From the NCBI GenBank assembly GCA_030704615.1, contig CM060732.1, positions 78,616,001-78,680,000 on the forward strand: 64,000 nt of DNA, given 5' to 3'. The notes beneath the pieces are model-generated. The model did not search any database. It had not been told where the DNA came from and saw nothing but the letters and a program-made list of their open reading frames with translations. The position numbers and the translations under genes are program-made. This DNA comes from Takakia lepidozioides. Its lineage: Eukaryota > Plantae > Bryophyta. Positions 61,837 through 64,000 of this stretch are shown one piece after another (position 1 is the stretch's first letter; every line of letters starts with the position of its first letter).

Positions 61837-64000
61837 CTAGTCAGCTATGGTATCCGAGTCAAGATGAACACGCTTCCTCGTGGTCAATACCACATGGCGA
61901 TTTTCGACGTTGATGCAGGTTAAGTCAAACTGCAGCTTAGAAGGGACGAATTGAGAAACATGAACAGTCCCTGCAATCTCCGCTGTACAAGAAGCTGGGC
62001 CACGTAGCAAAAAACATGAGGGCATCTAAGAAAGAATGGGAAGTATCATATCTGGAAGAAGACCTCTGTAACAGGGCAGTACTTTATGAACCCTCTAACC
62101 AACAGCAAAGGAGAGTAGATCCCACTCAGACATGAGATCAGGGGGAGTGGAAGGAACAATGGAAAATAGGGCCAACAGATCTGGACCATCAAAGCCAGAG
62201 GAAGGCATAGGGGAAACAGCAGTGGGCAAGCACTTAGCGAGATCATCCAAAGAAGCATAAGGAGTAGGAGACTTAGGCTCGCTGCGTGTAAGAGCATCAG
62301 CATTGCTGTTGGCCTTGCCCTTCTTGTATTGAATATCATATACATCTGAAGAGTTAAAGACTAGCAAGCCAGACGACCTGAGAGCTCATGAGGGGTCTTG
62401 AGAGCCTTTAAAGGCAGATGATCAGTCTGAACAACAAAGGGACACCCGTGTAGATATTGCCTGAAATGTTTCACCCCAAAGATGACGGCAAGTCCTTCTT
62501 TATTAGTAATGTTGTAATTCTTTTCATGTTTGTCAAGCATGCGTGAGGCATAGGCCACCACATGTTCCCTACCATCTTTCTTTTGACACAGAATAGCTGA
62601 AACAGCCAGGTCAGAGGCATCAGTCTGAATGATAAATTGCAGCGAGAAATCAGGAAAGACTAGAATGGGTGCACTAGTGAGAGCAATTTTTAGTTGCTCG
62701 AAAGCAGTGGTTTGAGACCGCCCCCAATGAAAACGAACATCTTTGCATAGTAACTGATTAAGCGTAGCGGCAATGTGAGCAAAGTGTTTAATGAAACGAC
62801 GGTAGTAAGAGGCTAACCCAAGAAAGGCACGGACACAATTTTTGTCACGTGGAGTGGGATACTCCCACACGGCTTGGATCTTGGCTGGATCAGGGCTGAT
62901 GCCTCTGCAGAGAAAAGGTGCCCAAGAAAATGAAGCTCCGTCATGCTCCGTCACATTTTTTTGCTTTCACTTTCAAGCTAGCTCCTCTAAGCGTGCAGAG
63001 TACCCGCTTCAGATCTAGCATGTGAGAATCAAAGTCAGCCGAGTAAACATTGATGTATCTACATACACCAATGCACATTCCCAACGTAAGTTTCCTAGAA
63101 CCACATCCATGAGACATGAAAGGTGGCAGTGGCATTACATAATCCAAAAGGCATGGTTTTGAACTGAAAGAGACTCATCTTACAGGTGAACGCAGTCTTC
63201 TCTTTGGCTGAGTCAGTGCGAGGGACCTGCCAAAAGCCCGCAGCAAGATCTAAAGAAGAGAACAGAGTGGCGCCATTGAGTCGATCCAGGGTATCATTCA
63301 TACGAGGCAAGGGATACACATCCATTTTGGTCGGGGCATTGAGATGTCTGAAATCCACAGAGAAACATGTGGTGCCATCCTTCTTGGCAACCAATACGAT
63401 AGGACTGGCCCAAGGGGAAATAAAGGGCTTGATTACCCCTGCACCAAGCATCTTAGTCAGTTCAGCCTGCATAATCTCTCTTTCTTTGACGCTTTCCCTA
63501 TAGGCATACTGCTTGACAGGGCTATCCTAAGTAACAATGTCATGCTTAAGAACGTCAGTGCGACCCAAGTCATGAGAACCAGCACTGAAGACATCAAGAT
63601 TGTCACGGATAACATGGTAAAGACGAGTCCTCTCATTCTCAGTGAGACTAGAGCCCATTCTAATCTCACCTAAGACCTGATCAAGATGAGCAGATTGCAC
63701 AGGAATGAGGGGGCTTACCTTTGGTCTAGCCACAGATTGGGCCAACAGAGCCACGTGATCTACAGGGTCATCAGACAGGCCAATGTCAACAAAACTCAAA
63801 GCATCTTGGACGTCTCCTAATTCTGTTAAAGAGGTGGCAGTAAGGCGTGCCAAGACCCGACCCTTACATATGGTGATAGATATGCGCTCAGGATTAGCAA
63901 CCAAAAGTCTGAGCTCTCCTCTGAAACCCCTGTCCATAACCCCGGATGCAATCAAATAAATGTTTGGAAAGCATGAGGCGCTTCCATCCTTCAACCTCAA
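61837..64000 (-). pseudogene. Degenerate Ty3/gypsy pol: dUTPase-like domain, RT, RNase H (runs off the window)
   Basis: GVMDRGFRGELRLL..KGRVLARL (dUTPase motifs 3/4), [58 protein letters not shown]. Frameshifted. Confidence 0.85.

Overview
Eukaryotic, non-seed land-plant-like genomic DNA (probably a bryophyte; inferred from GT-AG introns, PLS-class PPR fragments and dehydrin-like genes), dominated by nested transposons. In order: a 5'-truncated tail-less LINE (1042-3648); a 13-exon NADH-cytochrome b5 reductase (CBR2-like) pseudogene (5212-12398) with a second, inverted LINE copy in an intron; a Helitron-like repeat; two tRNA-derived SINEs; an unusual Ty3/gypsy-type element (15158-26146); a 13.6-kb Pack-CACTA (29536-43124) with four captured host-gene fragments and a nested chromovirus; a second, internally deleted member of the unusual family (43218-50449); three dehydrin/LEA-like genes; and a dUTPase-bearing gypsy remnant running off the window end. 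The best candidate for a new system is the unusual gypsy-type family. (i) Its polyprotein has a DNMT3-like C5 cytosine methyltransferase between protease and RT, and a C-terminal PHD finger. (ii) Both copies have split direct repeats (A1-internal-PPT-B1-GC-A2-B2) although they encode a DDE integrase; copy 2 has TG..CA ends and a 4-bp TSD. This layout is what opening a 2-LTR circle at an internal CA-GC-TG site would produce. (iii) There is no tRNA PBS. Instead a hairpin loop in repeat A is complementary, with compensatory changes between copies, to the bases just after A1, which suggests self-priming. All calls were read by eye; no database searches were run.
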